Counted from the stretch's first letter, positions 48,932-58,621 are shown. The stretch: DNA of 64,000 bases from an uncultured Desulfatitalea sp. (GCA_963668675.2 CAXXMB010000001.1:1184001-1248000), one strand, 5' to 3'. Program-made: numbers and translations. Notes: generated from the sequence alone by a model not told the origin.

Positions 48932-49450
48932 TTACCCCTTTTCACCTCGGTAGTCCCGGGCCAACTGCAGATAGATGCCCGCTTCCCGGATGTGGGTCTC
49001 CACCCGATCACGTTCATATGTTTTCTTGATCTTTGCGGGAACGCCTGCTGCCAGTTCCAGGGGACCCACGACCATCTTCTCGGGAACGACGCTGCCAGCG
49101 GCAACTACGCTGCCTTCACGCACCATGGCATCATTCAATAGGACCGCGCCGATACCAATCAGCACTCGGTCCTCGACAGTGCATCCATGAATGACCGCGT
49201 TGTGCCCGATGGTCGTCTGAGCGCCAATATACAGCGGATGGTCGCTGTCCACATGAAGGGTGCAGTTGTCCTGGACATTGGCGCCCGCTCCGATGGTAAT
49301 CCGATCCCGATCTCCCCTGACCACCGCCCCGAACCAAACGCTCGCCTCGTCTTCGATGACCACATCGCCGATAATCACAGCCGTCGGCGCGATATAGACG
49401 TTTTTCCCGATAACGGGTTTTTGACCGTTGTATGGAAGAATCATTATCAC
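48932..49450 (-). CDS. Gamma carbonic anhydrase family protein (YrdA-like)
   Basis: Hexapeptide repeats, WFGAVVRGD, NVQDNCTLH, TIGHNAVIHGC, AGVPAK. Confidence 0.92.
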   Translation of the reverse strand: MIMILPYNGQKPVIGKNVYIAPTAVIIGDVVIEDEASVWFGAVVRGDRDRITIGAGANVQDNCTLHVDSDHPLYIGAQTTIGHNAVIHGCTVEDRVLIGIGAVLLNDAMVREGSVVAAGSVVPEKMVVGPLELAAGVPAKIKKTYERDRVETHIREAGIYLQLARDYRGEKG

Positions 49451-49695
49451 CCCTGGCTTAAAAGCCCTTGCCGATGGATTTAGGTGCCGTTATTATAAAA
49501 TTTCGTGTGGGCCGATCTGCCGAACGACTTGCCACTTGCCAATAAGGACCTATTTTTTAGCCCATAACCGATCCTACGGCAAGGAAGAAACCCGCTGAGG
49601 GCTGCTAACCGCGATAGCAATGAACAGGTTCCTGCGAAAGCAGTTCTCGATTCTCTATCACCGAAAACTGTAGCATTCAATATCCGGGGAAAAAG

Positions 49696-50598
49696 ATGAA
49701 GCACACCAGAGGCAACGATCCTTCAGATTGCAAGCCGTGCGAATTTAAAGGCGACCTTGGAAGAACGGTACTCAACTCACTCTCTGCGCACATTGCTATC
49801 ATCGATGAACTAGGGGTCATCTTGGAGACGAATCGCGCATGGCAAGCTTTCGCAGGCAAAGATGCGATAGGCGACGCCGACGCTTTCCTTGGGACGAACT
49901 ATCTCGACATCTGTGATGCAGCCCAAGGCGAAGGGGCTGAGGATGCCCATGCCGTGGCCAACGGCATTCGAAGCGTTATCCGAGGAGAGGTGGAAGAGTT
50001 CTTGTATGACTACCCCTGCCACACCCCCTCCGAGCAGCATTGGTTCTATATGCGCGCCATCCGGATGGAAGGCGAAACGCCCATGCGGATCGTGGTGAGC
50101 CATGAAGATATTACCCAGCTCAAGTTGACCGAAGAGGCCTTGAAAGCGAGCAAAATGAGCATTGAAGAGCAGAAGCAGAACCTGGAGGAGACCAACATCG
50201 CCCTTAAGGTGCTCCTCAAGCAACGCGAGAATGACAAAGCCGAACTCGAACAGAAGGTGCTCGGGAACATCAAAAACCTCATCTTCCCCTACCTGGAGAA
50301 ACTCAAGCGCGCACCGTTGAGGCCCCGAGACAAAACGACCGTCGACATTATCGACACCCACCTGAACGATATCGTTTCGCCACTCATGCAGCGCCTGTCC
50401 AATATCAATATTCTCCTCACCCCCCAGGAGATGCAGGTTGCCACGTTGGTCAAGGATGGCCGAAGCAGCAAAGAGATCGCCGAGATTCTTACCGTATCTG
50501 AAACCACCATTCATTTTCACCGCAAGAACCTGCGCCAAAAATTCGGTATCAAAAACAGTACGACGAATCTACGCTCCTATCTGATGTCGATCGGTTGA
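49696..50598 (+). CDS. PAS-domain LuxR-family transcriptional regulator
   Basis: PAS HIAIIDELG.I..TN.AW...EDIT; HTH LTPQEMQVA.LVKDG.SSKEIAE.L.VS..TI.FHRKNLR.K. Confidence 0.9.
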   Translation: MKHTRGNDPSDCKPCEFKGDLGRTVLNSLSAHIAIIDELGVILETNRAWQAFAGKDAIGDADAFLGTNYLDICDAAQGEGAEDAHAVANGIRSVIRGEVEEFLYDYPCHTPSEQHWFYMRAIRMEGETPMRIVVSHEDITQLKLTEEALKASKMSIEEQKQNLEETNIALKVLLKQRENDKAELEQKVLGNIKNLIFPYLEKLKRAPLRPRDKTTVDIIDTHLNDIVSPLMQRLSNINILLTPQEMQVATLVKDGRSSKEIAEILTVSETTIHFHRKNLRQKFGIKNSTTNLRSYLMSIG

Positions 50599-50705
50599 AG
50601 CGAACCCGATACTCGCCCCGGTTGCCGATTTTCGATCGAAGACCGTGGGAAGCCTTCACTTAGGTCGATAAGGTTACGATCCAAACATAGACGGATGGCC
50701 TGAGG

Positions 50706-50853
50706 TGATGCAAGTTGCACCATGGGCCTGCAAAATGCCTCATCTATGTAATTTATTGTTAATAATTATAAATTACATCTAAAAGAAAGGCAGTGATGCG
50801 ATCTGCACCATTTTCCCACGGAATGGCTTGAACACCTGATGCAAGATGCCGCA
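50706..50853. promoter_or_regulatory. Four 17-bp dyad sites (consensus TGATGCAANNTGCNNCA), probable enhancer of a sigma54 activator
   Basis: TGATGCAAGTTGCACCA (50706), GCCTGCAAAATGCCTCA (50726), TGATGCGATCTGCACCA (50794), TGATGCAAGATGCCGCA (50837), with AT-rich DNA between them. Confidence 0.7.
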
Positions 50854-50908
50854 TTTATTTTATGCTTTATTTCAGAATGTTATAAATATTTTGGCACTTT
50901 TTAATGAA

Positions 50909-50925
50909 TTGGCCTGCTTCGTGCT
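50909..50925 (+). promoter_or_regulatory. Sigma54 promoter of the GcvH-like gene
   Basis: TTGGCCTGCTTCGTGCT: GG-N10-GC, downstream of the dyad sites and about 65 nt before the ATG. Confidence 0.6.
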
Positions 50926-50989
50926 TTGTTTAGATGTCAACAATCCAACAAACACACGTTGACATTGTAACCGCCTGGAAGGAGGCCCC

Positions 50990-51898
50990 ATGAAAACGAC
51001 GCCAAAAGCCAAACCCAATCAACCCAAAGTCCATCACATGCTTCAGGATCAATGTGTCTGGAGCCAAGCCGGCGTCATCAAACCGGTCAAATGCATGAAT
51101 GCCTTTAACTGCTTGGGCTGTGCATTCGACAAAAAGGTGCAAGCCGACTTTCAAGCCCGCGAAAACCGTGAAGGCCCCAACAGCCTGGCCCATACGCCGC
51201 CTCGACTGCGGCTGCTGGTCAAAGATCTCAAATGCCGCCACATGCTCAGCGGACGGGTGAGCTACAAACTGTGCGCGCACGGATATAACTGCGTGAAGTG
51301 CCCGTACGACCAGATGATCGAAGATGCCGGCCTATTACCGTCGCCGTCACCCACCACCTGCGACAATGTGGCCGGTTTCGATGTGGCCCAGAACTACTAT
51401 TACCTGACCGGGCACACTTGGGCACGTGTGGAATATGGCGGCCGGGTGCGTATCGGCATCGATGATTTCGCCCAGCGCCTACTGGGTCCCCAAGACAAAA
51501 TCGAGCTCCCCAGATTGGGCAAGCGCGTCAGCCAGAATGATCCCCATGCCGTTTTGCGGCGTGGAAACAAGGCGGCCGAAGCCCGCAGTCCGGTCGACGG
51601 CACGGTGGTGGCGGTCAATCCCAAGCTGCAGCATCACGCCGAAATTGCCAATGCCGATCCTTACAACGACGGATGGCTGATGCTGATCCAGCCGGAAAAA
51701 TTGCGCAAGAATTTGAAAAATCTGTTCTTCGGGACGGAAAGCCTGGCCTGGATCGATGATGAGGCCAACCAGTTGAGTCGCATGGTCAGCGAAACCACCG
51801 GATTTGCGATGGCTGCCGCTGGCGGTGAAGTTGTCAAGGATATCTATGGCTCCCTGCCCGGACTGAAGTGGGAGGAGCTGGTCAATCGGTTCCTGTAA
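50990..51898 (+). CDS. GcvH-like (lipoyl-domain fold) protein with two N-terminal four-Cys repeats
   Basis: GHTWARVE..GRVRIGIDDFAQRLLG, SPVDGTVVAVN, NADPYNDGWL; N-terminal C-x12-C-x5-C-x2-C twice; GGAGG RBS. Confidence 0.82.
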   Translation: MKTTPKAKPNQPKVHHMLQDQCVWSQAGVIKPVKCMNAFNCLGCAFDKKVQADFQARENREGPNSLAHTPPRLRLLVKDLKCRHMLSGRVSYKLCAHGYNCVKCPYDQMIEDAGLLPSPSPTTCDNVAGFDVAQNYYYLTGHTWARVEYGGRVRIGIDDFAQRLLGPQDKIELPRLGKRVSQNDPHAVLRRGNKAAEARSPVDGTVVAVNPKLQHHAEIANADPYNDGWLMLIQPEKLRKNLKNLFFGTESLAWIDDEANQLSRMVSETTGFAMAAAGGEVVKDIYGSLPGLKWEELVNRFL

Positions 51899-52511
51899 TC
51901 GTGGGGGCGGCGTCGGACGGGCCGACCGATCCGGCGCCTTTGGCCCTCATTTGGCGGATGCGGCGGTTGAGTTCGTAGCTGCAGCTTTCGCAGAAGTCCA
52001 AATCAAGCCCGTCCAGTTGATCGATGTTGCGGATGGACCGCATCAGGCAACTGTGTTCCCAGCAATGCCCCAGCCCCAGCACGTGCCCCACCTCGTGCAG
52101 GCTCAATTTGGACAGGCGTTCCAAGGTCATTTCCCTGCCTGCGGTGGTCAGGCGATAAAACGAGACCACCGCCACCCGGCCGCCCAGCTGTGACTCACCA
52201 TATACATAAGTCAGAATCGGGGTACCCATATCGTAGCTGGTCAGACCCAAGCAGATGGGAGCCCGAACCGATGTCAAGGCGGATAGATGATTGATGATCT
52301 TGACCGCATCGTATTGACGTCGGGCACTCATGAAGGCCGCTTCGGGCAGAGGTTGCGATGGCAGAATATCGGTGGTTAATTCCAGTATCGCTTGCAGATT
52401 TCCTGCCACCACATCGGCCGCCAATTGGTTGATGGCACCCAGGGGAACCAGTTCGGTCAGCGGTCGGGGGTCTGCACCCAAGGCATCGGTTGGCGCCGTT
52501 GGCGGCATCAT
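51882..52511 (-). CDS. Archaemetzincin-family (M54) zinc metallopeptidase
   Basis: HEVGHVLGLGHC...CLM...FCESC (HEXXHXXGXXH plus Cys4 site), RRQYDA, YVYGESQLGG.VAVVS..RL. Confidence 0.9.
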   Translation of the reverse strand: MMPPTAPTDALGADPRPLTELVPLGAINQLAADVVAGNLQAILELTTDILPSQPLPEAAFMSARRQYDAVKIINHLSALTSVRAPICLGLTSYDMGTPILTYVYGESQLGGRVAVVSFYRLTTAGREMTLERLSKLSLHEVGHVLGLGHCWEHSCLMRSIRNIDQLDGLDLDFCESCSYELNRRIRQMRAKGAGSVGPSDAAPTITGTD

Positions 52512-53863
52512 GGTCCCTTAAGCTGATAGCGCTTGATTTTGCGCGTTAAGGTACTGCGATCGATATCCAGTTGTTTGGCAGCATGGCTGATGTTCCAGCC
52601 GCAGGTTTCCAGGGCATTGCGGATATGGCTGATTTCAGCCTCCTGCAGGGTCAAGGTACCCAATCGACATTCATCGGATTGGGTGTTGACGAAGGTCAGC
52701 TCCTCTGCGCCGATCATCTGGCCACGTGCCAGCACAACGGCCCGCTCGATCACATTGCGCAACTCCCGGACATTTCCCGGCCAGTGGTAAGCCATCAGCA
52801 TGCCCAGTGCCCGTTGCGTAAGGCCCAGTATACGCTTGCCGGTCTCCCGGCTGTAACGCTCCAGAAAATAGTCGGCCAGGGGCGCCACATCATCCAGACG
52901 GTCGCGCAGCGGAGGGATGTCGATGCGTATTACATTGATCCGATAAAAAAAATCTTCCCGAAAGCGACCCTCCCTTATCAGCTGGGTGAGGTCCCGGTGA
53001 GTGGCGCTAATGAGCCTGAAATCGGTCTCGATCACTTGATTGCCGCCCATACGCTGAAATTGTTTCTCTTCCAGCACCCTCAGCAGGCTCACCTGCATCT
53101 TGGGCGGGATGTCGCCGATCTCATCGAGAAACAGGGTGCCTCCGTTGGCCATCTCCAGCCGCCCCCGCCGTACTTTAGCAGCACCGGTAAAAGCGCCTTT
53201 TTCATGACCGAACAGTTCGCTTTCCAGCAGGGTTTCGGTATGCGCGCCACAATTGAGGGCCACGAACGGCCCGTAGGGGCGTGCGCCGGCCATGTGAATG
53301 GCACGGGCCACCAGCTCCTTGCCCACACCGGTTTCACCGCGGATCAGGACCGGAGAAGCGGCCGGCGCTACGTCCTCGATCGTGGCAAAAACCTCCTGCA
53401 TGGCGTCGGACTGGGCTACGATGCCGTCACCCCCCAAATCCGTGCGCTCCATGAGCTGTTCGCGCAGAGAGACATTCTCATCACGCAGCGCTTTGGTGGC
53501 CGCGACCCTTTCCATGATCAAACTCAACTGCTCGGGATCGAACGGCTTGCAGATATAGTCGCTGGCACCTCGTTTCATGGCATCCACCGCTGTTTGAATG
53601 GTGCCGTGGGCCGTAATGATGATGATGATGGCATCCGCCTGATGCTCCTTGATGCGGGTGAGCAGTTCGATGCCGTCCATACCCGGCATTTTAACGTCCA
53701 CCAGATAGATGTCGAACAGACGCTGCTCCATGGCGGTCAAGGCATCGGGACCAGACGCCGCCATGACGACCCGATACCCATCTTTGGTCAGCCAGGCTGC
53801 CAGAGACTCACGGATCGCCTCTTCGTCGTCTACCACCAGGGTCCATAATCCCGAAGTCGTCAT
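52508..53863 (-). CDS. NtrC-family sigma54-dependent response regulator
   Basis: REC VVDDE...[46 protein letters not shown], Fis-type HTH. Confidence 0.96.
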   Translation of the reverse strand: MTTSGLWTLVVDDEEAIRESLAAWLTKDGYRVVMAASGPDALTAMEQRLFDIYLVDVKMPGMDGIELLTRIKEHQADAIIIIITAHGTIQTAVDAMKRGASDYICKPFDPEQLSLIMERVAATKALRDENVSLREQLMERTDLGGDGIVAQSDAMQEVFATIEDVAPAASPVLIRGETGVGKELVARAIHMAGARPYGPFVALNCGAHTETLLESELFGHEKGAFTGAAKVRRGRLEMANGGTLFLDEIGDIPPKMQVSLLRVLEEKQFQRMGGNQVIETDFRLISATHRDLTQLIREGRFREDFFYRINVIRIDIPPLRDRLDDVAPLADYFLERYSRETGKRILGLTQRALGMLMAYHWPGNVRELRNVIERAVVLARGQMIGAEELTFVNTQSDECRLGTLTLQEAEISHIRNALETCGWNISHAAKQLDIDRSTLTRKIKRYQLKGP

Positions 53864-55416
53864 GGTGTCGTTTCTCCGTCAGCCGCCGGCGCATCCTGCG
53901 CTCCGGCCGGTAAGGTAATTTTAAAACAGGTGCCCTCGCCCACCGTACTTTCCACCTCCACGGTGCCGTTGTGTTCACGGGTGATGCCGTAGACCATGGA
54001 AAGCCCCAGGCCCACGCCCTTGCCACCGGTTTTGGTCGAGTAAAACGGTTCGAAAATCTGCTGCAGGTCCTCTTGGGCGATGCCGCAGCCGGTATCACGC
54101 ACCGCCAGCCAGATGTGGTCGTGTCCCTCCTCATAACCTCCTTCGATGGTAAGGGTCCCACCGTCAGGCATCGCTTCGATGGCGTTGGAAATCAAGTTCA
54201 TCAGGACTTGCTGGATCTGGGCATAGTCCCCATAGGCGCCAAACGGCGGTTCTGGCAGCAGCACCTCCCGTTTGAGATCGGTTTTGTCCATCTGATGCCC
54301 CAGCAGCATTAAGATGGTCCCCACCAACTCATTGAGATCTACCGGTCCGCTCTCGACCCCTTTCTGGCGGGCAAAAGTCAACAAATTGTTCACGATGGTG
54401 CCGCTGCGCAAGGCTTCCCTGATAGACATTTCCAGGTAGCGCTCAAACGCCTTTAGCCCCTCCGGCGGCAATTGGTCCTCTTTGATGTGGGACAAAATCA
54501 ACTTATTGAAAGTGACGATACTGGTGATAGGGTTGTTTATTTCATGGCAGACCGAGGCCACCAGACGCCCCAGTGTCACCAGCCGGTCTTCCTGGACAAA
54601 ACGATTCAGATCATCCTTGATGGCCCGGGTCCGCGCTTCGATGCGTTCGCTAACATCTTCGGTGATATCGCGGATCACGTCGACCACCTGAATAATTTCC
54701 CCGGCATGGTTGACCAGGGGGTAGGTGGTGACCTGGGAGATGCGCAGGGTGCCATCTGGCATTCGCATCTCATGCACGCCCCGCGCCGGCCGCCCGGTTT
54801 CAATCGCCTTGTCCATAGGGCAAACCCGGTCGATACGCGAACACGGCTGCAGGGCGTTGTAAACCGCCTCGAAGCAATGGCGGCCGATCACGCTGTCGCG
54901 CCCCTTTCCGCCGGTAAGCATCTCGGAATCGTTGCAGTTGAGGATACGGTAGTTACGATCGATCACCATGACCGTATCAGGGGAAGCTTCGAGCAGTGCA
55001 GAGGCAAAGGAGGTTGCCAAGCTGATTTCCGAATCACGGCTGGTCGTCGGGTCTCCCCTTCGAAACTGGTCCAGAAAGAGTTCCGCCGCATGATGGTCCA
55101 ACAGTCCCACACCACTGGGTTTGTCCCGCGCCAGTTGGGCCAGCAGGTCAGCGTCCCCGGTCATTTCCATGATGAAATCCAGAGAGGATTGGGTCAACAA
55201 TTCCTGGGGGGTTTTCAAAATCTGGATGCCCTTTTCAGCCGCCAGTCCCGAACAGGTATCCGAATCGTCGGTAATCACCAGATAGAGCATCTTGACACGC
55301 CAGCGTCTTCGCTCGGCGGTATCGAGGGTTTGTAAAATGCTGAGACAACGATCGCCATCGGCGACAACGCCGCATCGCAGCAACAAATGGTGCCTGAAAT
55401 CGACCGGAAGCGTCAT
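53860..55416 (-). CDS. Cytoplasmic sensor histidine kinase (Rossmann-like N-domain, Cys-rich PAS, HisKA, HATPase)
   Basis: CHEINNP, NLISNA, DTGCGI, FEPFYSTK, GVGLGL; PAS CFE...C......CP; no TM helix; GAAGG RBS before ATG 55416. Confidence 0.92.
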   Translation of the reverse strand: MTLPVDFRHHLLLRCGVVADGDRCLSILQTLDTAERRRWRVKMLYLVITDDSDTCSGLAAEKGIQILKTPQELLTQSSLDFIMEMTGDADLLAQLARDKPSGVGLLDHHAAELFLDQFRRGDPTTSRDSEISLATSFASALLEASPDTVMVIDRNYRILNCNDSEMLTGGKGRDSVIGRHCFEAVYNALQPCSRIDRVCPMDKAIETGRPARGVHEMRMPDGTLRISQVTTYPLVNHAGEIIQVVDVIRDITEDVSERIEARTRAIKDDLNRFVQEDRLVTLGRLVASVCHEINNPITSIVTFNKLILSHIKEDQLPPEGLKAFERYLEMSIREALRSGTIVNNLLTFARQKGVESGPVDLNELVGTILMLLGHQMDKTDLKREVLLPEPPFGAYGDYAQIQQVLMNLISNAIEAMPDGGTLTIEGGYEEGHDHIWLAVRDTGCGIAQEDLQQIFEPFYSTKTGGKGVGLGLSMVYGITREHNGTVEVESTVGEGTCFKITLPAGAQDAPAADGETTP

Positions 55417-55763
55417 AACCACCTTCGACTTGGTTGTGGGTGAAACCTCAGGAGATGTTCCGGCTGTGAACCCGATACCAGTTTTGGGTGCCCAGCATTC
55501 GATTGAGATTCCGGGTTTGGCGAAACTTGCAACAGGTTGCGATGCCAAAAGGTTGATGATTGAAGTAGACCTCAACCAGGGTTAGGTTGTCAAGACTTGG
55601 ATAACCACTTGATAGGTGCACGACTCCGGTTTTCACAAATGCCATTATAGCTCTGCGCACTGGTAGGCTTAACCTATCAATGCGCTGGCAATCATCTGGG
55701 GTTGAGGGTGAGAAACGGCGACCTACTATATGCACACTTCAAACAAAAATAAGGAGTGAGCCA

Positions 55764-56972
55764 ATGAGCACCATTGAAACCAATAGCATTGCTGACCTTT
55801 TTTTTCAGTTGAACTGGTCGAGTGAACTGGCGCGCCACACAGACGCCTATGCGGGCCTCTCGGTCAATTTCTGGCGCGATCTCCTTCCCCGCCGGCTAAA
55901 GGAAGAGATTACGCACAAGCGTACGGGCGATCAGTTGAAACTGGCGTTTTCCCCAGGTGAGCTGTTCACCAATGGCCAGGCCCGGACCATCCGCCGGCTT
56001 TCACGGACCCAATTCGATCCGAGCCGCATCGGATCGCTAAAACGGCGGCCACTGCCCGGGAGATTCTATCCCAAGGGATTACTGAGAGATGTAGGGGGTG
56101 TGTTCAGAGCCAACCGGGAGCCGTTTCGGTGTGTGGAGGTACAGAACGGCCACCTGGATGCCGATATGGGCCACCCGCTCTCGGGACGGCAGATATCTCT
56201 GAACGTATCCGTTGGGGCGGTTAGTCCCAAGTCCGAAGAGCGGGGAGGTGGAATGAAGGATTGGATTGAAACCGTATCCCATGGAGTGGGCATGCAGGCG
56301 CGCTGGATGACGCGTCCCACCGATTTTTTTTCAGGAAGTCCCTACACGCGGGCTGACGAGTCGGATGATGGGTTGTTCTATGGGAAACCGCGCATGGTTC
56401 AACATCTGGACGATGCTGCTTTAGATATGGTTCGCCAGCTCTATGCCCGTTTCATTAAAAAGGATATGCGCGTGCTGGACCTGATGAGCAGTTGGGATTC
56501 CCATCTTCCGGATGGAATGGCTTTCAAACAGGTGGCCGGTGTGGGGCTCAATGCATATGAGCTTGAGAAAAACCCCGTTTTATCGGATCGGCTTGTACAA
56601 GACCTCAACCAGGATCCGATCCTCCATTTTCCTGATAACCATTTTGATATTGCAGTATGCGCCGTTTCGATCGAGTATCTTTCAGACCCAGACACCGTAT
56701 TTTCCGAGGTCGTGCGCACTTTGCGGCCTGGCGGTCGTTTCATGGTCGTCTTTTCAAACCGTTGGTTCGAGCCCAAGGTGATTGCTATCTGGAAAGAGCT
56801 GCACGAATTTGAGCGGATGGGGTTGGTTTTAGAGTATTTTATCAGGACGGCCTCGTTCGAAAATATTCAAACCTATTCGATTAGAGGTTTGATGCGCCCA
56901 AGCCATGACAAGTATTTCAGACAACTCCCCTACTCGGATCCCATCTATGCGGTCTGGGGTACCAAGAGATGA
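55764..56972 (+). CDS. SAM-dependent methyltransferase fused to an N-terminal SlyD/FKBP-like region
   Basis: DADMGHPLSG resembles SlyD VDFNHPLAG; DESDD.LFY..PR.V.HLD, VLDLMSSW.SHLP, LRPGG; AAGGAG RBS. Confidence 0.78.
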   Translation: MSTIETNSIADLFFQLNWSSELARHTDAYAGLSVNFWRDLLPRRLKEEITHKRTGDQLKLAFSPGELFTNGQARTIRRLSRTQFDPSRIGSLKRRPLPGRFYPKGLLRDVGGVFRANREPFRCVEVQNGHLDADMGHPLSGRQISLNVSVGAVSPKSEERGGGMKDWIETVSHGVGMQARWMTRPTDFFSGSPYTRADESDDGLFYGKPRMVQHLDDAALDMVRQLYARFIKKDMRVLDLMSSWDSHLPDGMAFKQVAGVGLNAYELEKNPVLSDRLVQDLNQDPILHFPDNHFDIAVCAVSIEYLSDPDTVFSEVVRTLRPGGRFMVVFSNRWFEPKVIAIWKELHEFERMGLVLEYFIRTASFENIQTYSIRGLMRPSHDKYFRQLPYSDPIYAVWGTKR

Positions 56973-57082
56973 AAACGCTACATGAACGCGCTCGTAATTG
57001 AAAACGCAGGCTGGCGTGCATCGGAAACAGCCAATTCAACTACAACCTATGCACTAAAGCGCATAAAAGGGAGTTCGGACAG

Positions 57083-58621
57083 GTGACAAGCAAAGCGTTG
57101 ATTCTGGTGACAGGTGCCACCGGGTATATTGGTGGCCGGCTGATTGCAAAACTGGTCTCTAGCGGGTACCGAGTTCGTGCCTTTGGACGCTCGCTTGAGA
57201 AGATGGCGTGCCGCCCATGGGCGTCGAGTAAAAATGTGGAGCTGTTCCAGGGAGATGTGCTGGAGGAGCAGGATCTGGCCAAGGCAGCCCAAGGGTGCAA
57301 TGCAGCCTACTACCTGGTCCACTCCATGATCGCCAAGAAAAAAGCATACGCCGCAGCAGACCGCCGGGCGGCCGATCACATGCGAAAAGCGGCGGAAAAT
57401 TCGGGAATTGAACAGATCATCTATCTGGGCGGCCTAGGAGATGTCGGTCGGGACGATATCAGTCATCATTTGCAATCCCGTCATGAAGTCGGCCGAATTC
57501 TGCAGTCAGGCGCCGTACCGACCACTGTGCTGCGCGCGGCCATGATCATCGGCTCAGGAAGCGCTTCGTTCGAAATTCTCAGATACCTGGTCGATCGCCT
57601 ACCGGTGATGATCACGCCGCGCTGGGTGCACACACCGACGCAACCGATTGCCATCAATGATGTATTGAGTTACCTCATCGAATGTCTCGGCAATCGGTCC
57701 ACATTCGGACGCACCTTTGATATCGGCGGCCCGGAGGTCGTGAATTATGCCGACCTGATTCGCATTTATGCCCAAGAGGCTGGCCTTCCCAGGCGTTGGG
57801 TGGTCCCGGTACCCGTTTTAACCCCGCGACTCAGCGCCCACTGGATACACCTGGTCACACCGGTGCCGGACGATATAGCACTTCCGCTGACAGAGGGGCT
57901 CAGCGTTCCGACCACCTGCACCGATACGGCGATTCGGGAAATCATTGATCTGGACCTGACCGACTGCCGCATGGCCATACGAATTGCATTGACTCGGATA
58001 CTTGAAAAACAGGTCGAAACCTGCTGGTCCGACGCTGGCGACATTCAGTCTCCAGCCTGGGCGGCCTGCGGTGATGCGCACTATGCCGGGGGAACCATTC
58101 TCAATTGTGCCTACCGCATTACGATGAAGGTGCCCCCCAAGTCCGTTTGGCAAACCGTCGTCTCCATGGGTGGTGAAAAGGGCTACTACTTCGGCAACGG
58201 GCTCTGGCGTCTGCGGGGGCGACTGGACCGTTGGATCGGCGGCGTGGGACTGCGCCGGGGCAGACGCCACCCCGAACAGCTTCAAACGGGTGATGCCCTT
58301 GACTTCTGGCGCGTGATGACCATCGAACCGAATCATCGACTCACATTGGTTGCCGAAATGAAAATGCCCGGAGAGGCGCTGCTGGATCTTCAAATAGAAT
58401 CGCTTGGGAACAACCGATCAGAGTTGCGCATGATATCACGTTTCCTGCCCAGGGGGCTGATGGGTCTGCTCTACTGGTATCTCCTCTACCCTTTCCATGT
58501 TTGGCTATTCAGAGGGATGCTCACGGCGATGGCCAGAAGGGCGGGAAGCATCAAAACGGCCCTCCCCGTTCGATTTGATCCAAACATCCGAACCAATTGC
58601 ACCTTGAAGAGGGTGAATTGA
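57083..58621 (+). CDS. NAD(P)-binding SDR protein with C-terminal DUF2867 (YbjT-like)
   Basis: LVTGATGYIGGRL, YYLVHSM, LRAAMIIGSGSASFE, GDALDFWRV, AEMKMPGEA.L, GLLYWY. Confidence 0.88.
   Translation: MTSKALILVTGATGYIGGRLIAKLVSSGYRVRAFGRSLEKMACRPWASSKNVELFQGDVLEEQDLAKAAQGCNAAYYLVHSMIAKKKAYAAADRRAADHMRKAAENSGIEQIIYLGGLGDVGRDDISHHLQSRHEVGRILQSGAVPTTVLRAAMIIGSGSASFEILRYLVDRLPVMITPRWVHTPTQPIAINDVLSYLIECLGNRSTFGRTFDIGGPEVVNYADLIRIYAQEAGLPRRWVVPVPVLTPRLSAHWIHLVTPVPDDIALPLTEGLSVPTTCTDTAIREIIDLDLTDCRMAIRIALTRILEKQVETCWSDAGDIQSPAWAACGDAHYAGGTILNCAYRITMKVPPKSVWQTVVSMGGEKGYYFGNGLWRLRGRLDRWIGGVGLRRGRRHPEQLQTGDALDFWRVMTIEPNHRLTLVAEMKMPGEALLDLQIESLGNNRSELRMISRFLPRGLMGLLYWYLLYPFHVWLFRGMLTAMARRAGSIKTALPVRFDPNIRTNCTLKRVN

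Noticed and set aside
52571..53848. 425-aa antisense ORF (likewise 29187-30149, 29686-30675, 33233-34141, 41810-42676, 46061-46909, 54472-55335)
   Set aside because: They are shadows of well-supported genes on the opposite strand, expected from GC-rich codon usage, and have no recognisable domains.
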